This document shows, piece by piece, positions 11,025 through 21,809 of a DNA stretch of 64,000 bases. A model generated the notes under the pieces. That model was not told where the DNA came from. It made no database searches and saw only the letters and a list, made by a program, of their open reading frames with translations. The first letter of the stretch is position 1; each line of letters begins with the position of its first letter. Both the position numbers and the translations under genes were made by a program. The DNA is from Emiliania huxleyi CCMP1516 (Eukaryota). The stretch is from contig NW_005201287.1 in NCBI RefSeq assembly GCF_000372725.1, positions 1,023,081 to 1,087,080 of the forward strand, written 5' to 3'.

Positions 11025-11636
11025 TCACCCCGTTTTTGCCCATTTTCGGTCATCCGTCAAAATATCTGTTCCGCTGTTAACACCTCGAGCTCCATCGATA
11101 GGTGTCCCTCTCGCAGCCTCCCGCGACAGCCCCCTGGCGACCCGCTGTTGCCGTGCGGCGAGGTGCCGGCGCAGCGCCTGGTGAGGGTTAGGGTTAGGGT
11201 TACGGTTAGGGTAAGGTTGGGGCTGGGGTTGGGGTGTGGGTTGGGGTTAGGGTGCGGCGCAGTGCCGCGGGCTCGGCCCCCCTCAGCCGGCCGCTGCCCT
11301 CGTGGCTCGCCTAGGGTTAGGGGATAGGGTTAGGGTTACGGTTACGGTTAGGACCCGGCGACCCGGTGCGAACCACAGCGAGTCCGCCATCGCAGCCAGG
11401 TGGGCCGACCTCTCCATCGCGACCCCTCCCAGCTCCGTTCTGCACGCAGCGCAGCCATACCGGAAGTGGGCGCGCGTGTCCGGGCCGCCCTCGCATAGGT
11501 GGCACGCGGCTCGGGGGCGAGCCCCTTCCAGCCGCACTATCCTCCGGATGGCTTCGGCGTCCGGCCCGCCCTGCGCCTGCAACTCTGACGCCGTGCAGCT
11601 CATTCTTCCTAACGCGGCTCGCATGGCCTCCTCCAA
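11025..11636 (-). CDS. Small hypothetical protein with CxxC...CxxC motif; intron(s) made of telomere-like repeats within 11178-11354
   Basis: MEEAMRAALG...CHLC...CAAC...WFAPGRR continues after CAG at 11178 as ALRRHLAARQQR...KTG*. A 45-nt middle exon (11266-11310) is possible. Confidence 0.5.
11184..11351. repeat. Interstitial TTAGGG-like repeats (two tracts)
   Basis: agggttagggttagggttacggttagggtaaggttggggc... and tagggttaggggatagggttagggttacggttacggttagg. Confidence 0.85.
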
Positions 11637-11749
11637 GAGCGGGCCCGGGAGCGTACTTTGCTTTTTTTTTTTGGCCAGGGCGGCGCTCGAGGTCGCGCCG
11701 GGCCGTGCAGGCCCTCAGCGCGTAGTGAGTGGGAGGGCTTGGCGCTCGC

Positions 11750-13104
11750 ATGAGCGATTCTCGCTGGCCCCCTGACGAGCTGACGTGCCGGCAGCACAGC
11801 GTCCGACCGCCAAACAGGCTGCGCGGCGTCCCCAACTACAACGCTATTCGCCGCTTCCCCAGCGGTGCCAGCGGTGCCGCCCTGCCGGTGGCTCGCCGCG
11901 CCAGCGCCGCCAAAGGCGACGGCGCCGGCAGTGATGGCAGTGGCGACGCTGGCGACGGCGCCTCTGGCGAGCTGTACCTCGGCCGCTTCGCTGCGCTGAC
12001 CGCGCTGTACGCGCTCGCCGAGGGCGCGATGACTCACCCGTACGAGCTGATCAAGACGCGGCAGCAGGCGGGCGCGCCGCGAGCGCTGGCGCACCGGATG
12101 AGCACCGGCCGCTACCTCGTACACCTGGCCGAGAGCGGCGGGCTGCGCGAGCTCTACCGCGGCTTCGGCTGGTCCGTGCTCGGCGGCGTCCCTTCCGAGG
12201 TCGTCTACTACGTTGGCTACACCGAGACGAAGCGTGCGCTGCTCGGCACCGCCGCCGGCGCCGCCTCGCCCTCCTCCGTCTACCTCGCGGCGGGCGCTTT
12301 TGCAGACGCCCTCTCCGTCCTCGTCTCGGTGCCGGCCGACGTCATCTCGCAGCGGCTTCAGCTCCAGGGCGCCGACGCGAGAGGTGCCGACGCGGCGCCG
12401 ACGGCGCGGCCGCAGCACGGCCACGGCGCGGCCGCGCTCCCGAGCATGGGCCTTGCCTCCGCGTCCCGGGCTCGGCACCTCCACGCGCCGCCGCCGCTCC
12501 TCTCCGGCGGCACTGCCGCAGGCGCGGCCCGACTAGGCGCACTGCCGCGCAGCTACTGCCGCGCAGCTCGGCGTCTGCTGGTTGGGCCCTGCAGGCACGT
12601 CCTTCCTCCCGAGTAGGCGGGCTCGAGATCGCAGCCTCGATCGTGCGGCAGGAGGGGCCGCTTGGCTTGTGGCGAGGGACGGGGGCGACGCTCGCGTACT
12701 ACGGCCCCAACTCTGCTGTCTGGTGGCTGACGCACGAGCACGCCAAGGGGGCGCTCGCGGAGCGGCTGGACGGCCTTAGCGCAGGGGAATGCGCGGCGGG
12801 CGGCGCGGCGGGCGGCGCGGAGGGCGGCGCGGAGGGCGAGCCGTCGAGCGCGGTGCTAGCGATGAGCGGCGCTCTCGCGGGCGCAACCTCGACCGTGGCC
12901 ACCAACCCGCTCGACCTGATCAAGACGCGCCTTCAGACGTCGACGCGGCCGACGAGCGTGGGACCGGTCCTCGCCGCGGTGTGGAAGGAGGCGCGCTGGA
13001 GAGGGTTGTACGCCGGCCTCGTGCCGCGCCTCTTCTCGGCCATCCCGCGCTCCATCTGCACCGTGCTCGCCTACGAGCGGGCCGTCGAGTTTTGTAGGAA
13101 GTAG
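11750..13104 (+). CDS. Mitochondrial carrier family protein (SLC25A44-like), intron(s) around 12380-12635
   Basis: Three carrier signatures: PYELIKTRQQ, PADVISQRLQ, PLDLIKTRLQ. Also ESGGLRELYRG, QEGPLGLWRG and RGLYAGLVPR. Confidence 0.9.
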
Positions 13105-13377
13105 AAGAGACAAGAGAGAGAGTAGGACTTGCCAGATGCCACGCTTTACGACTCCGCGCGTATTTTCTCCTGCCGGCCGACCCTCACAGCTCACAGTACA
13201 CAGATTCTCTCTTCTCACCTTGGGGAGCTGGGGGGAAGACGTTGGGCACGTTCGCAGGGTAAGAAAGCAGGATCGTTTTGGAAGGTCCCGATCAGGGCGA
13301 AACTACACCAGGTACGTGCTTTCACCGCGGGAGTTTTTTCTGCTGCTCGCGCCACTCCACCGGCATACATTTTGTGT

Positions 13378-15700
13378 ATGTGGCAGCTCGCTCACGCGGA
13401 GCAACCGCGGCGACGGCGGCAGCCCTGCCTGGGCGCAGCGAGGCTGGCCTCCGACCTGGCACAGCTGCCGGCGGTGCACTCGCTCGGCCGCCCTGGGGAC
13501 GACGCCCCGCGCATCGCCACCGTCGCGTTTGAGGCCGACGGCACGCTGCTCGCCTCTGCGACGGTGGGCGGACGCGTAGGCGTGCAGCAGGTCGAGCAGT
13601 ATTTGCCTTCGGCGGTGTCCGCTGCTGCGGCGGCGGGGCGCAAGGACGGGCACCGCCTCACGCCCCGACCTTCGGCCGAGACACTCCCGCTCCTCGAGTT
13701 TGAGACACGCCGGACTGTCGCGGCGCTGCGCTGGAGGCCGGGACGGGCAGGCCAGCTGGCGGTGGCGGCGGCGGCCCCGCGGGGCTCCCACGCGCCGCAG
13801 GGCGGAGGCGCGGGCGTGCTCATCTACGACGTGGCCAGCGCCCGGCCAGAGAGGCCGGTCCACCTCTGCTCTGACGGCGCACCCGGCGCGCTGCACGACC
13901 TCGTCTTTGTCGACGCGGGCGGGGGCGGGGGCTCTCCCCTGCTGATCGGCGCCGGTCGGGACGGCGAGCTTCGAGCGTGGGACTTGCGCGACGCGCGGCC
14001 CGTCGTCCGTCCGTCCAACACCGTCTCCGGCTGGACGCTGGGCAAGCGAGCGCGCGACTACAAGAGCGGCGCTCCGCCAGCCTCGCCCCTCCCGGCCCCA
14101 CGCCTGGTCCGCCTCCCCACCCCCGCTCGTGGACCCCGCGCCCAGGCTCCATCTCGGCGCTCGCCGTCGACGCGCGCGAGCAGCTCGTCTCCGCTGGCAC
14201 GCCCGACGGCGAGGCGCCGGACGTGCGCGAGACACGTCCGGGACATGTCCGTGACGTGTCCCACAGGCACGTCCGACGGCGCGCTGCTCACGTGGGACGT
14301 GCGCAACCTCAAGTCGGTGCTCTGCTGCACGCGCGTCAGCCGCGCCCTCGCCGGCCGCGCCTCGTCGGGCGTCGACTCGCTGCTGCCCCACCCGCGCGTG
14401 CGCGACACGCTCCTCGCTCAGCTCTCTTGCGGCGCCGTCGCTGCCGTCGATGTCTGTGCGGGCGCCCGGTCCAGCGAGGCGGCAGGGGGGGGAGAGGGAG
14501 GGCGACGGAGTGAGGCGCGTCTGGTCCGGCTAGGCGCCATCCTGTGCCACACCGCGGTGGAGGACCCCGCCTCCGCAGCAAGGCGGGCCGAGGCAGTGAC
14601 CCGCGAGGAGGAGTGTTGCCCGCTCCACCTCCACCAACCAGCCGCGAGACTGCTCTCTCAGCTCCGCAAGCCCGCGCCTGTAGGAGCCTCCCGCCGCCGC
14701 CTCCTTTGCTCACCGCGGCGGCCCGGTCGAGTCCGCCGGTCGAGCCCTCGAGACCTCGAGGGTAGAGTCGCGCAGCCGCCCAATAGGCAACCGGCTGGCG
14801 TGGCTCTGCGGGGACGAGTGGCTGGCGTGCGGCGTCCCCTCCTCGCCGGCGGTGGGCCTGCTGCAGCTGAACCACGGCTGCTCCGCCATCGCGGCGAGGC
14901 TCTTCACGCCGACCTCCGCCCCGGCGTGTGCCCTCTCCGCTTCGCCGCGCGGACACTTCGTCGCCCTCGGCCTCGAGGACGGCTCCATCGGCATGTTGCA
15001 CCCGCTGGCAAACAAGCGCGAGGCGGAGGAGCGCGCGGCCGAGGAGGCGCGAGACGCGAGCTCGAAGCGGCAGGCGTCGGCCGAGCGGGCGGTGGACGCG
15101 GCGCGCAGCTGGCTGGAGCCGTCGCTACGCGCGGCTGGTTACCATTGGGGCGGCGCCTCCCGCGCGCTCTCTCTCCTCTGCTGCGCCGCTCCGGAGAGCG
15201 ACGCCACCTCTCTCCTCGGCTGGCTGGGCGGCTCCAGCCCAGCTCCTGTCCTGACCGCCCTCGAGGCCGTGGCCCTCGAGGGCGCGGCTCCCGCCCCAGC
15301 GGCTGCCGGCGTGGGTGGCTCGATCGCATTGGCATGCCGGCATTTGCTGGCGGCGAGGGTGGCGGCAGAGGCGGAGGCCGCGGAGGCGGCGGAAGAAGCC
15401 GCGGCGGCCGCAGAAGCCGCGGCGGCGGAGGCGGAAGCCGCAGAGGCTGCAGCGGCGGTGGCAGAGGCGGAGATGGCAGCGGCAGCGGCAAGAGAGGAGG
15501 CAGAGGTGACGGCGGCACCGCCCCGGCCGCCAGCACGGCCGCCACGAAGCAATCTTGCTCCCGCTCCCGCTTCCACTGCCACGTCTGCGCTGCAGCAGCG
15601 CTGTGAGAACCCGCCAGCAACGGCCAGAAGAGATCAGCCACCTCTCGAGGCGAAAAAGATGCGACAGTCCTCGTTGGCGGCGCTGTGGGGGCGACCCTGA
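13378..15700 (+). CDS. WD40-repeat protein, multi-exon
   Basis: WD-type segments VAFEADGTLLASAT, GAGRDGELRAWDLR, AGTSDGALLTWDVR and FVALGLEDGSIGML; Ala/Glu-rich tail; several GC-AG introns (e.g. 14197-14266). Confidence 0.7.
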
Positions 15701-16282
15701 GCGGCGCTGTCGCTGTGGTCAGCGTCTCGGGGCTCGGCCAATCGGTACAATTTTCTACACATCTCTGAATAAATAAAAGGCAGGGAGCAACAAGACCGGT
15801 TCGCGACTTTCTTTTTCCGCTCGCATGGCACATATGGCTTATGGGGCTCGACATATCGTGTTCGACATCCTCGTTCGCTCGCTCGCGCGCTCTCCTCGTC
15901 GCGGCTCGCGCGCTACGACGTGTACGGCTTTACGAGCTAGCGCACCCTCCACCTCCCTCTCGCGCCCCCGTTCGCCACGCCGCAAGCAGCTTGCCCTCGG
16001 CGATAGTGAGAAGCCGTCACTTCCTAAAGCCGTATGTGCGATCCGTCTTGGAGAGGCACTTTGTATGGGTTTACACTAGTAGCGGAAAAAGAAAGAATGG
16101 CCCCGCCGGAGGCGAGTTACTGATTGCTGAAGGGATTTTTTTCCGGCCGCCGCTGTCTTCACTTTAGCTGCCCGAATGACTGCGAGAAAGTGCGCGCACG
16201 ATCCCTGCAAAATCCACGCAAATATTCCACCCTGTCATGTGCGTCCTCAATAATGAAACCCCCACCTTTCCACCCGCTCGTT

Positions 16283-17071
16283 CTACATGACGGTGCACGC
16301 GCACAGCTTGAACTCGATCTCTACGTTTATGATGCCCTTGCCCGAGACGCAGCAACGGCAGACTCCAATTCCAAATACGGGCGGCACGTCATCATCGTCC
16401 TCCCACTCCTCTGCGAGGTGGATGCACGTCACTGTGCCGTGCCTGAAGTTAGGCCCAATCGCAATGCCAACGCCCTGGAAGAAGGGATCGAAGGCCACCG
16501 GCAGCTTGTCCGCGTCCAGGAGGAGCTCGGCAATCACGGCCGTCGCATTGGCCACCACGTCTTGCATGTCGTCCATCTTATCGGCGCGGCCGCTGAGGCC
16601 AAGGCAGTGCAGGTATGGCTTCTCGCCGAGGATCTCGTCTGGCTCTTCCTCTACGTAGCCAAGCCGCCCCACCTTTTTCATCGCATCGCTTGTCAGCTCG
16701 CCGGAGATTGCCTGGAAAGGTGGCACCGCCTGAATCGTGTGGCACAGCTCTGCGGCACGCGGCGGCAGCCCTGGGGTGGTGGAGTAGCCAATTGGATCGG
16801 TGCGCGCCGCATTGTACTGGTGAAATATCTCGTTCCGCAGCGCCTCGATGTACTGCTCCATGTCAAGCCTCTTTTTTGCCAGGTAGTCTGGCCGTGGCGG
16901 TGGCGCTCCTGGCATCGGCAGATCGCCCTTGCCGTCTGCGCACGATTTCAGACGTTCGAACGTGCGCTTGATTCCCGACCACGAGAGCGAGGGTAGCTCG
17001 AAGCCGAACGTCTTGCCGGCGGCAGGCTCCGGCTCTCCTTTCCCGACCGTGATCATCACGCAGCTAGGCAC
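16283..17071 (-). CDS. CAP/SCP-domain-like protein
   Basis: EIFHQYNAARTDP and FDPFFQGVGIAIGPNFRHGTVTCIHLA resemble protist CAP-domain proteins, but the catalytic His appear degenerate. Confidence 0.55.
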   Translation of the reverse strand: MPSCVMITVGKGEPEPAAGKTFGFELPSLSWSGIKRTFERLKSCADGKGDLPMPGAPPPRPDYLAKKRLDMEQYIEALRNEIFHQYNAARTDPIGYSTTPGLPPRAAELCHTIQAVPPFQAISGELTSDAMKKVGRLGYVEEEPDEILGEKPYLHCLGLSGRADKMDDMQDVVANATAVIAELLLDADKLPVAFDPFFQGVGIAIGPNFRHGTVTCIHLAEEWEDDDDVPPVFGIGVCRCCVSGKGIINVEIEFKLCACTVM

Positions 17072-17931
17072 TGTCTTGGCGAAGCCGTCCCGACCTATCT
17101 TTCAGCGCGAGTAAAATGACCCTGGAGGGGGCGGGCGGTTTTTCTTCTCAATTCCGCCTCTCAGCCCACCGACCCCGGCGAGAAGGCCGCTGCATACAAA
17201 CCAGCACCGACCAACTCCGGGACCCCTGTGCCCTGAGCCCAAAGCCATCGAGCAGAGACGCCGCTTTCTGGACAACACGCGATAATCCCTGGCTGGCTGG
17301 CTGGCGCCAAAAACTGCTGGGGTAATGAGGCTACAACGGAGGCGTCGGGCGAATCGGTGAAGGCGAGGATGATCGATGATCGTCGAAACGACCTCGTCGC
17401 AGTCGGTCACTTGAGAGCCCATCCTTGAAGCGTCTTTACGGCCTGTTATTCAGAGCACAAAGGCGCATTCGCACGATAGACGATTAGCATTAGGGGGGGT
17501 CTGTAAGTACCGGGCGTTGCATGAGTCACCAGGGGCCTAGGCGCTAGGGGGCTACTAGCAACTAGGGCGAGTGCCTCTACATTCGCAGATATTCGCGGCG
17601 GGGGCAGAGCACGCGCATAGCAAGCGCAGTGGCCCACACCTGGTTTCAGCCCGGGGCTGCTGCAAAACGTTATGAGCATTGTAGCTCCCCCACCTGGTGT
17701 CGAATTTCTTTTTGAGTTTGACTTTATTTTTGTTTTCGTGCCGCCGCCCGCGCCGCCCCCGGCCGCGCGGTCTCCTCCCCCGCCGGTGCACGCCTCCAGT
17801 GCTTCCCGATAGCGTACGTACGTGTGTTGTTTGCGAGAGTCAGAGAGGATAGGCTCGCAGTGTACGGCTCTAACACAAACAACGCAACCCGCGCAACCGG
17901 CACATAAAGAATCTGCCGTCGCACTTGCCTC

Positions 17932-18384
17932 TCACTTCTCGTCCCGCTCGCCGCGCGCTGATGGCTCGCCCTCAAGCTCTAGCGCTACCTCCTCCAGCAG
18001 CTCCGCACGACCTTTCAGGTCCTTCCGCAGCGCCCACACCGCACCGGCGACCACCGCGACGTCGACGAACAGGTTCCCGGCATCGGCCAGAGGGTTGGTG
18101 TCAGTGCGGAAGCCCCCCACGCCGGCGATGATTCGCGTCAGGGCGACGTAGGATGCGATCGAAGCGCCGGCAATGGTGGAAGGGTAGACGAAGAAAATTC
18201 GCGCCTGCCTCAGCGGCGCACGCGTTTCGGCCGTGATTTTCACCTTTGTGGAGAACTCGCGCATCGCAGCGGCCGCGCGAGGCGTCGGAGCGCCAGCTGC
18301 GCGTCCCGCGACGCGGAGAGCGGACGCGTCTAGAGCGAGCGAGGAAGCGACGAGCAGGCACCACAGCGCTCTGACGAGCTTCAT
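17932..18384 (-). CDS. Plastid-targeted DUF3493/LPA1-like protein
   Basis: Signal peptide plus transit-like leader (MKLVRALWCLLVASSLALDASALR), then AETRAPLRQARIFF...GASIASYVALTRIIAG...NLFVDV, typical of the LPA1/DUF3493 region. Confidence 0.7.
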   Translation of the reverse strand: MKLVRALWCLLVASSLALDASALRVAGRAAGAPTPRAAAAMREFSTKVKITAETRAPLRQARIFFVYPSTIAGASIASYVALTRIIAGVGGFRTDTNPLADAGNLFVDVAVVAGAVWALRKDLKGRAELLEEVALELEGEPSARGERDEK

Positions 18385-18553
18385 ACTAGAGCTGAGCGCT
18401 TCTCTGTGCTTTTGCCAGTCTTTTCTTTTTGTCGATTTTTGAGTACCACCTGCGGGACGCGGCCACGAAAGGTGTGTACAGCGCAGTTCCAGCGGACGCA
18501 GCGAGCGTCGGGACTCCGTCTCTGAGCTTGATGATCTCGCAGTGTGACCGCAG

Positions 18554-19192
18554 ATGATCTCGCCAGTCTCTGCGCTGTGTGCTGCTGGCTTTGCCGCCGC
18601 GCTGTATGCGCACCGCTTTTGGATGCCGCCGTGCGTGCTCAAGGAGCCGGAGCGGTGCCGCGCCTTTGGTCGGCTGTCGTACTTCACCGTGCAGACCAAC
18701 CTGATCAACTTTGCGTACCACACACTACGCTGCCTCGCGCCGAAACACCCGCTCGTCGGCCGGCTGCACCCGCTCGCCTTTGCCACGGCCAGCATGCTGA
18801 CAGTCTTATACTACAGTCTCGACCACTGGAACGCGCAAAAGGCGGCGGGCGACCGGAAGTGGATCGCCAAAGGCTACACCAGGCTCCCGCTCGGCAACCA
18901 CGTCGAGCACGGCCACGCGCTGCCGCTCGCACTGCTCGACGCGCTCTGCCTGCCGCGCGCGGCCGCGTCCGCCAGCGACGTGCTCTGGATCAACGGCGGG
19001 TACGGCGCGGCGTATTTCGCGGTGATGGTGCTGCTGGGCAAGCGGCTCAACGGGGAGTGGATCTACCCCGTGCTCGACGACCTCGAGAAGGGGTTCGGGC
19101 CGGCAGGCCCTTACCTGCTCGCCGCTGCAATCATCGCGATTTCCCTCCTGCTCGGCCTCGCGGACCGCTCCCTGGCCGCGGGCGCGGCGTGA
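18554..19192 (+). CDS. FAR-17a/AIG1/ADTRP-like membrane protein
   Basis: FGRLSYFTVQTN, LYYSL, NHVEHG and GEWIYPVL, with the conserved Thr and His of this family. Confidence 0.8.
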   Translation: MISPVSALCAAGFAAALYAHRFWMPPCVLKEPERCRAFGRLSYFTVQTNLINFAYHTLRCLAPKHPLVGRLHPLAFATASMLTVLYYSLDHWNAQKAAGDRKWIAKGYTRLPLGNHVEHGHALPLALLDALCLPRAAASASDVLWINGGYGAAYFAVMVLLGKRLNGEWIYPVLDDLEKGFGPAGPYLLAAAIIAISLLLGLADRSLAAGAA

Positions 19193-19207
19193 GTGGGGCG
19201 TCGAGCA

Positions 19208-19871
19208 TAGGGTTGTCAAACGTTAACTTTGGGCCTAACAGTTGCACAATTGTTGGCTGAAATCCTCAACGTTTTTCAAGTGTTCTCCCCAGCCCAAGCT
19301 GTTACTGTTTGCTGTTGTTACTGTTGTTCAGTGGTCAGCAAGCAGAAAATGTCAAAAAACCCGGGTAAACCAAAAATACGTTTTGCGTTTTTCCCGGGTA
19401 TTTTTTCGCATTTCGGGTATATTACCCGCACTGGACGCTGGAGATCGTCGTGGTTACTTCCCCCAGGATTGGTCTTCACTGCCCGCGGGAACACCCTCGG
19501 GCGGCCGGGTGGGGCTGCGTGCGGCTGGAGCTAGCATGGCTCGGTAGAGCCGAGACCCCGTGTTGAGCTTGAGGCGGCGCTCCCGTGGGCGGCTGTGGAA
19601 TCGGTAGATTCGACCTCAGATCTCCAGTATTCTCATCCCAGTGGATGAACGTCCGGACGTCCCTTTGTGTTCCTCTCGCCGTCCGCCAGCGAGACGCTCT
19701 GTCGCTGGCGGCCGCAGTTTTCTGTGACCAGAGAAGGGTCACTGCCAGGCCTTCCTTATTGTTGTTCAGCCGGCCTAATGTTCGCTACTGTTGTTGGGGA
19801 GCCCCACTGTTGTTCTGTTGTTACTGTTAACACTAGCAACACTGTTCAGCTCTTAACGTTTGACAACCCTA
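19208..19871. mobile_element. hAT-type MITE (664 bp)
   Basis: 19-bp perfect TIR TAGGGTTGTCAAACGTTAA (19208-19226 / 19853-19871) and 8-bp TSD GTCGAGCA (19200-19207 / 19872-19879); AT-rich, no real ORF. Confidence 0.92.
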
Positions 19872-21192
19872 GTCGAGCACTGCGCTGAGTCGCTCCTGAG
19901 AGGAGCTGTGTGTCGCTCTGTGGGTCGGGGCGCGAGACGGTTTGCAGGGATCCAACAGGCGGAGTGGAGGCTCGAGGGGCGTCTCAGGAGAGTTCGGCGT
20001 GGCTGACTGCACGCTAAAGGCTACACGCTCGCACACCACTTGCAGAGTGGCTCTCCCAGGCGCTCACCCCACGGCGGAGGCACGCCAGGCCCCGGGCAGC
20101 CGGCCGTCACTCGCCTAAAAGCGCCTAAGCGGCCTAAGCGGGGGGTGCTTAGGGTGCTAAGGCGCTTAGGCGGCCCTTGCGAGCGTAGGCCCGTAGCGGC
20201 GTGGTGATATCGTGTAATACAGGTGACTCCGATGACACTCATGATGCCCCTGCTAGTGTCATCGCTCAGAGAGCAGCCTCACGTGCACGCAGTGTGCAAT
20301 CTTTACCGGTATGGGAGTTTTTGGCTAATCAAACCCAAGGCCTGCACTAATCAAAAAGTGGTACGGGATACCAGTTGCCTCACGGAAATCAAAGCGAGTC
20401 GGAGTGCCTTCTTGGTGGCAAAATCGGCAAAATCGGCAAAATACCGGGTATTTTGCGGGTACTCGCCTCTGCTGATCCCCACTATCGGCTTGCCTCACCG
20501 CTCTCTTGCATCTCTGCTACCTCTCCCCGCACTATTCCCATCTGCGTGACGCCACGGCGTCGCCACCTCACCGTTCTCACAGCGTGCTCTCTCTTCAGTC
20601 GCGTGCTCGCGCCCACCCGCCTCCCTCCACCCTTCGGCCACACTCCCCCTGTCTCTCACCGCGTAGCTCCGCCCCCACCCCGTTCGCCTCTCGCGCCGCG
20701 AACGCCGCACTCATCGTGTCGCCGCCTCACCTCGCCACCCCGCCTCTTGGGCACTGCCGCAGGCGCTAGCCGCGTTGACCTCGACCTAACACGAGGACGC
20801 GTCCATGACGCGCCGCCTACCGCCACCGCCGAAACTCGACGGCAGCGCCCGTCGCGGCGGGCCAATCCCGGAGTATATTTCCGTGTCCACACGCAGTGCA
20901 CCTCGGCGCTATCCGGTCGCGCTTTCGGACAGGTGTCACCGCACCGCGTGAAGCGCATACGTTTTTTACTACCCGCGTCAATTGTCCGTCCATCCGCCAC
21001 TTTCCCGAGCCTTGCACGGTATTTTCCTTGCAGAGCTCTCTCTCTCTCGGTCTCGCCGCTCACCCCTCACCGAGAGACACACACACACCCACATCTAGGC
21101 TGTTCCCTCGTTTGAGACCGACACAAACCACGTCACGCCAAACAGCAAAAGCGATCGTCCTTTCACTGCACGGCCTAGTGGGCCAATGCCTC

Positions 21193-21714
21193 CTATGGGT
21201 CGAGGTGAATTGAGTAGCCCTTCCTGCAGTAATAGCACACCTGCTCGGCCGGGTTCTTCTCTTCCGAGCAGCCCGGCATGGTGCACTTGGAGCTCCCCTT
21301 GTCCTCGGCGGGGTGGGACGCGGCACCGTTTTGAACTGACATCGACACCGCGCCCCCGTCCACCACCACCGTTCCTCCTTCCGTGAAGCAGCGGCCAAGC
21401 GCAGCCTGCCCGTCTTGCACAGCGCTCGCCGTGCTGGCCGCTGCCGTTGAAACAACGACCTCACTCGCGGGCGCGATCGTGATGTCCCACGGCTCCTTAA
21501 GCACATCGCAGCACGTCTTACACATGGGGCCGCTTGCGTCTAGCCCAAGACGTGCGAGCACACCATCTTGCCGGCAGTGCCGTCCACACACGCAGCAAGC
21601 GACGAGCATCCCGCCGTCCGGCATAACGTTGACCACTTCCCACAGCTGAATCTCACGTGCCTCCGATGCTGTAAGTCCGGTGTGCAATCCCACCTGCAGC
21701 TTACCTGACGGCAT
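21193..21714 (-). CDS. Cys-rich (putative zinc-finger) ORF inside the element
   Basis: CCVCGRHC...MCKTCC and CTMPGC...VCYYC clusters; first ATG at 21714 (the track ORF extends to 21822). Confidence 0.45.
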   Translation of the reverse strand: MPSGKLQVGLHTGLTASEAREIQLWEVVNVMPDGGMLVACCVCGRHCRQDGVLARLGLDASGPMCKTCCDVLKEPWDITIAPASEVVVSTAAASTASAVQDGQAALGRCFTEGGTVVVDGGAVSMSVQNGAASHPAEDKGSSKCTMPGCSEEKNPAEQVCYYCRKGYSIHLDP

Positions 21715-21738
21715 TGCCCTGGTCACCACTCTCAGAAC

Positions 21739-21809
21739 GGGTCGACCTCTTTCGGACGACCTGGGTCGACCTCTTTCGGACGACCTGGGTCGACCTCTTT
21801 CGGACGACC
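21739..21809. repeat. 3 x 24-bp tandem repeat GGGTCGACCTCTTTCGGACGACCT
   Basis: Read directly; followed by an AT-rich tract at 21821-21856. Confidence 0.9.

Noticed and set aside
11184..11351. Chromosome end
   Set aside because: The tracts are short, degenerate and internal, with genes on both sides.
21739..21809. CRISPR-like array
   Set aside because: The 24-bp units are directly adjacent with no unique spacers, there are no cas genes, and the context is eukaryotic.
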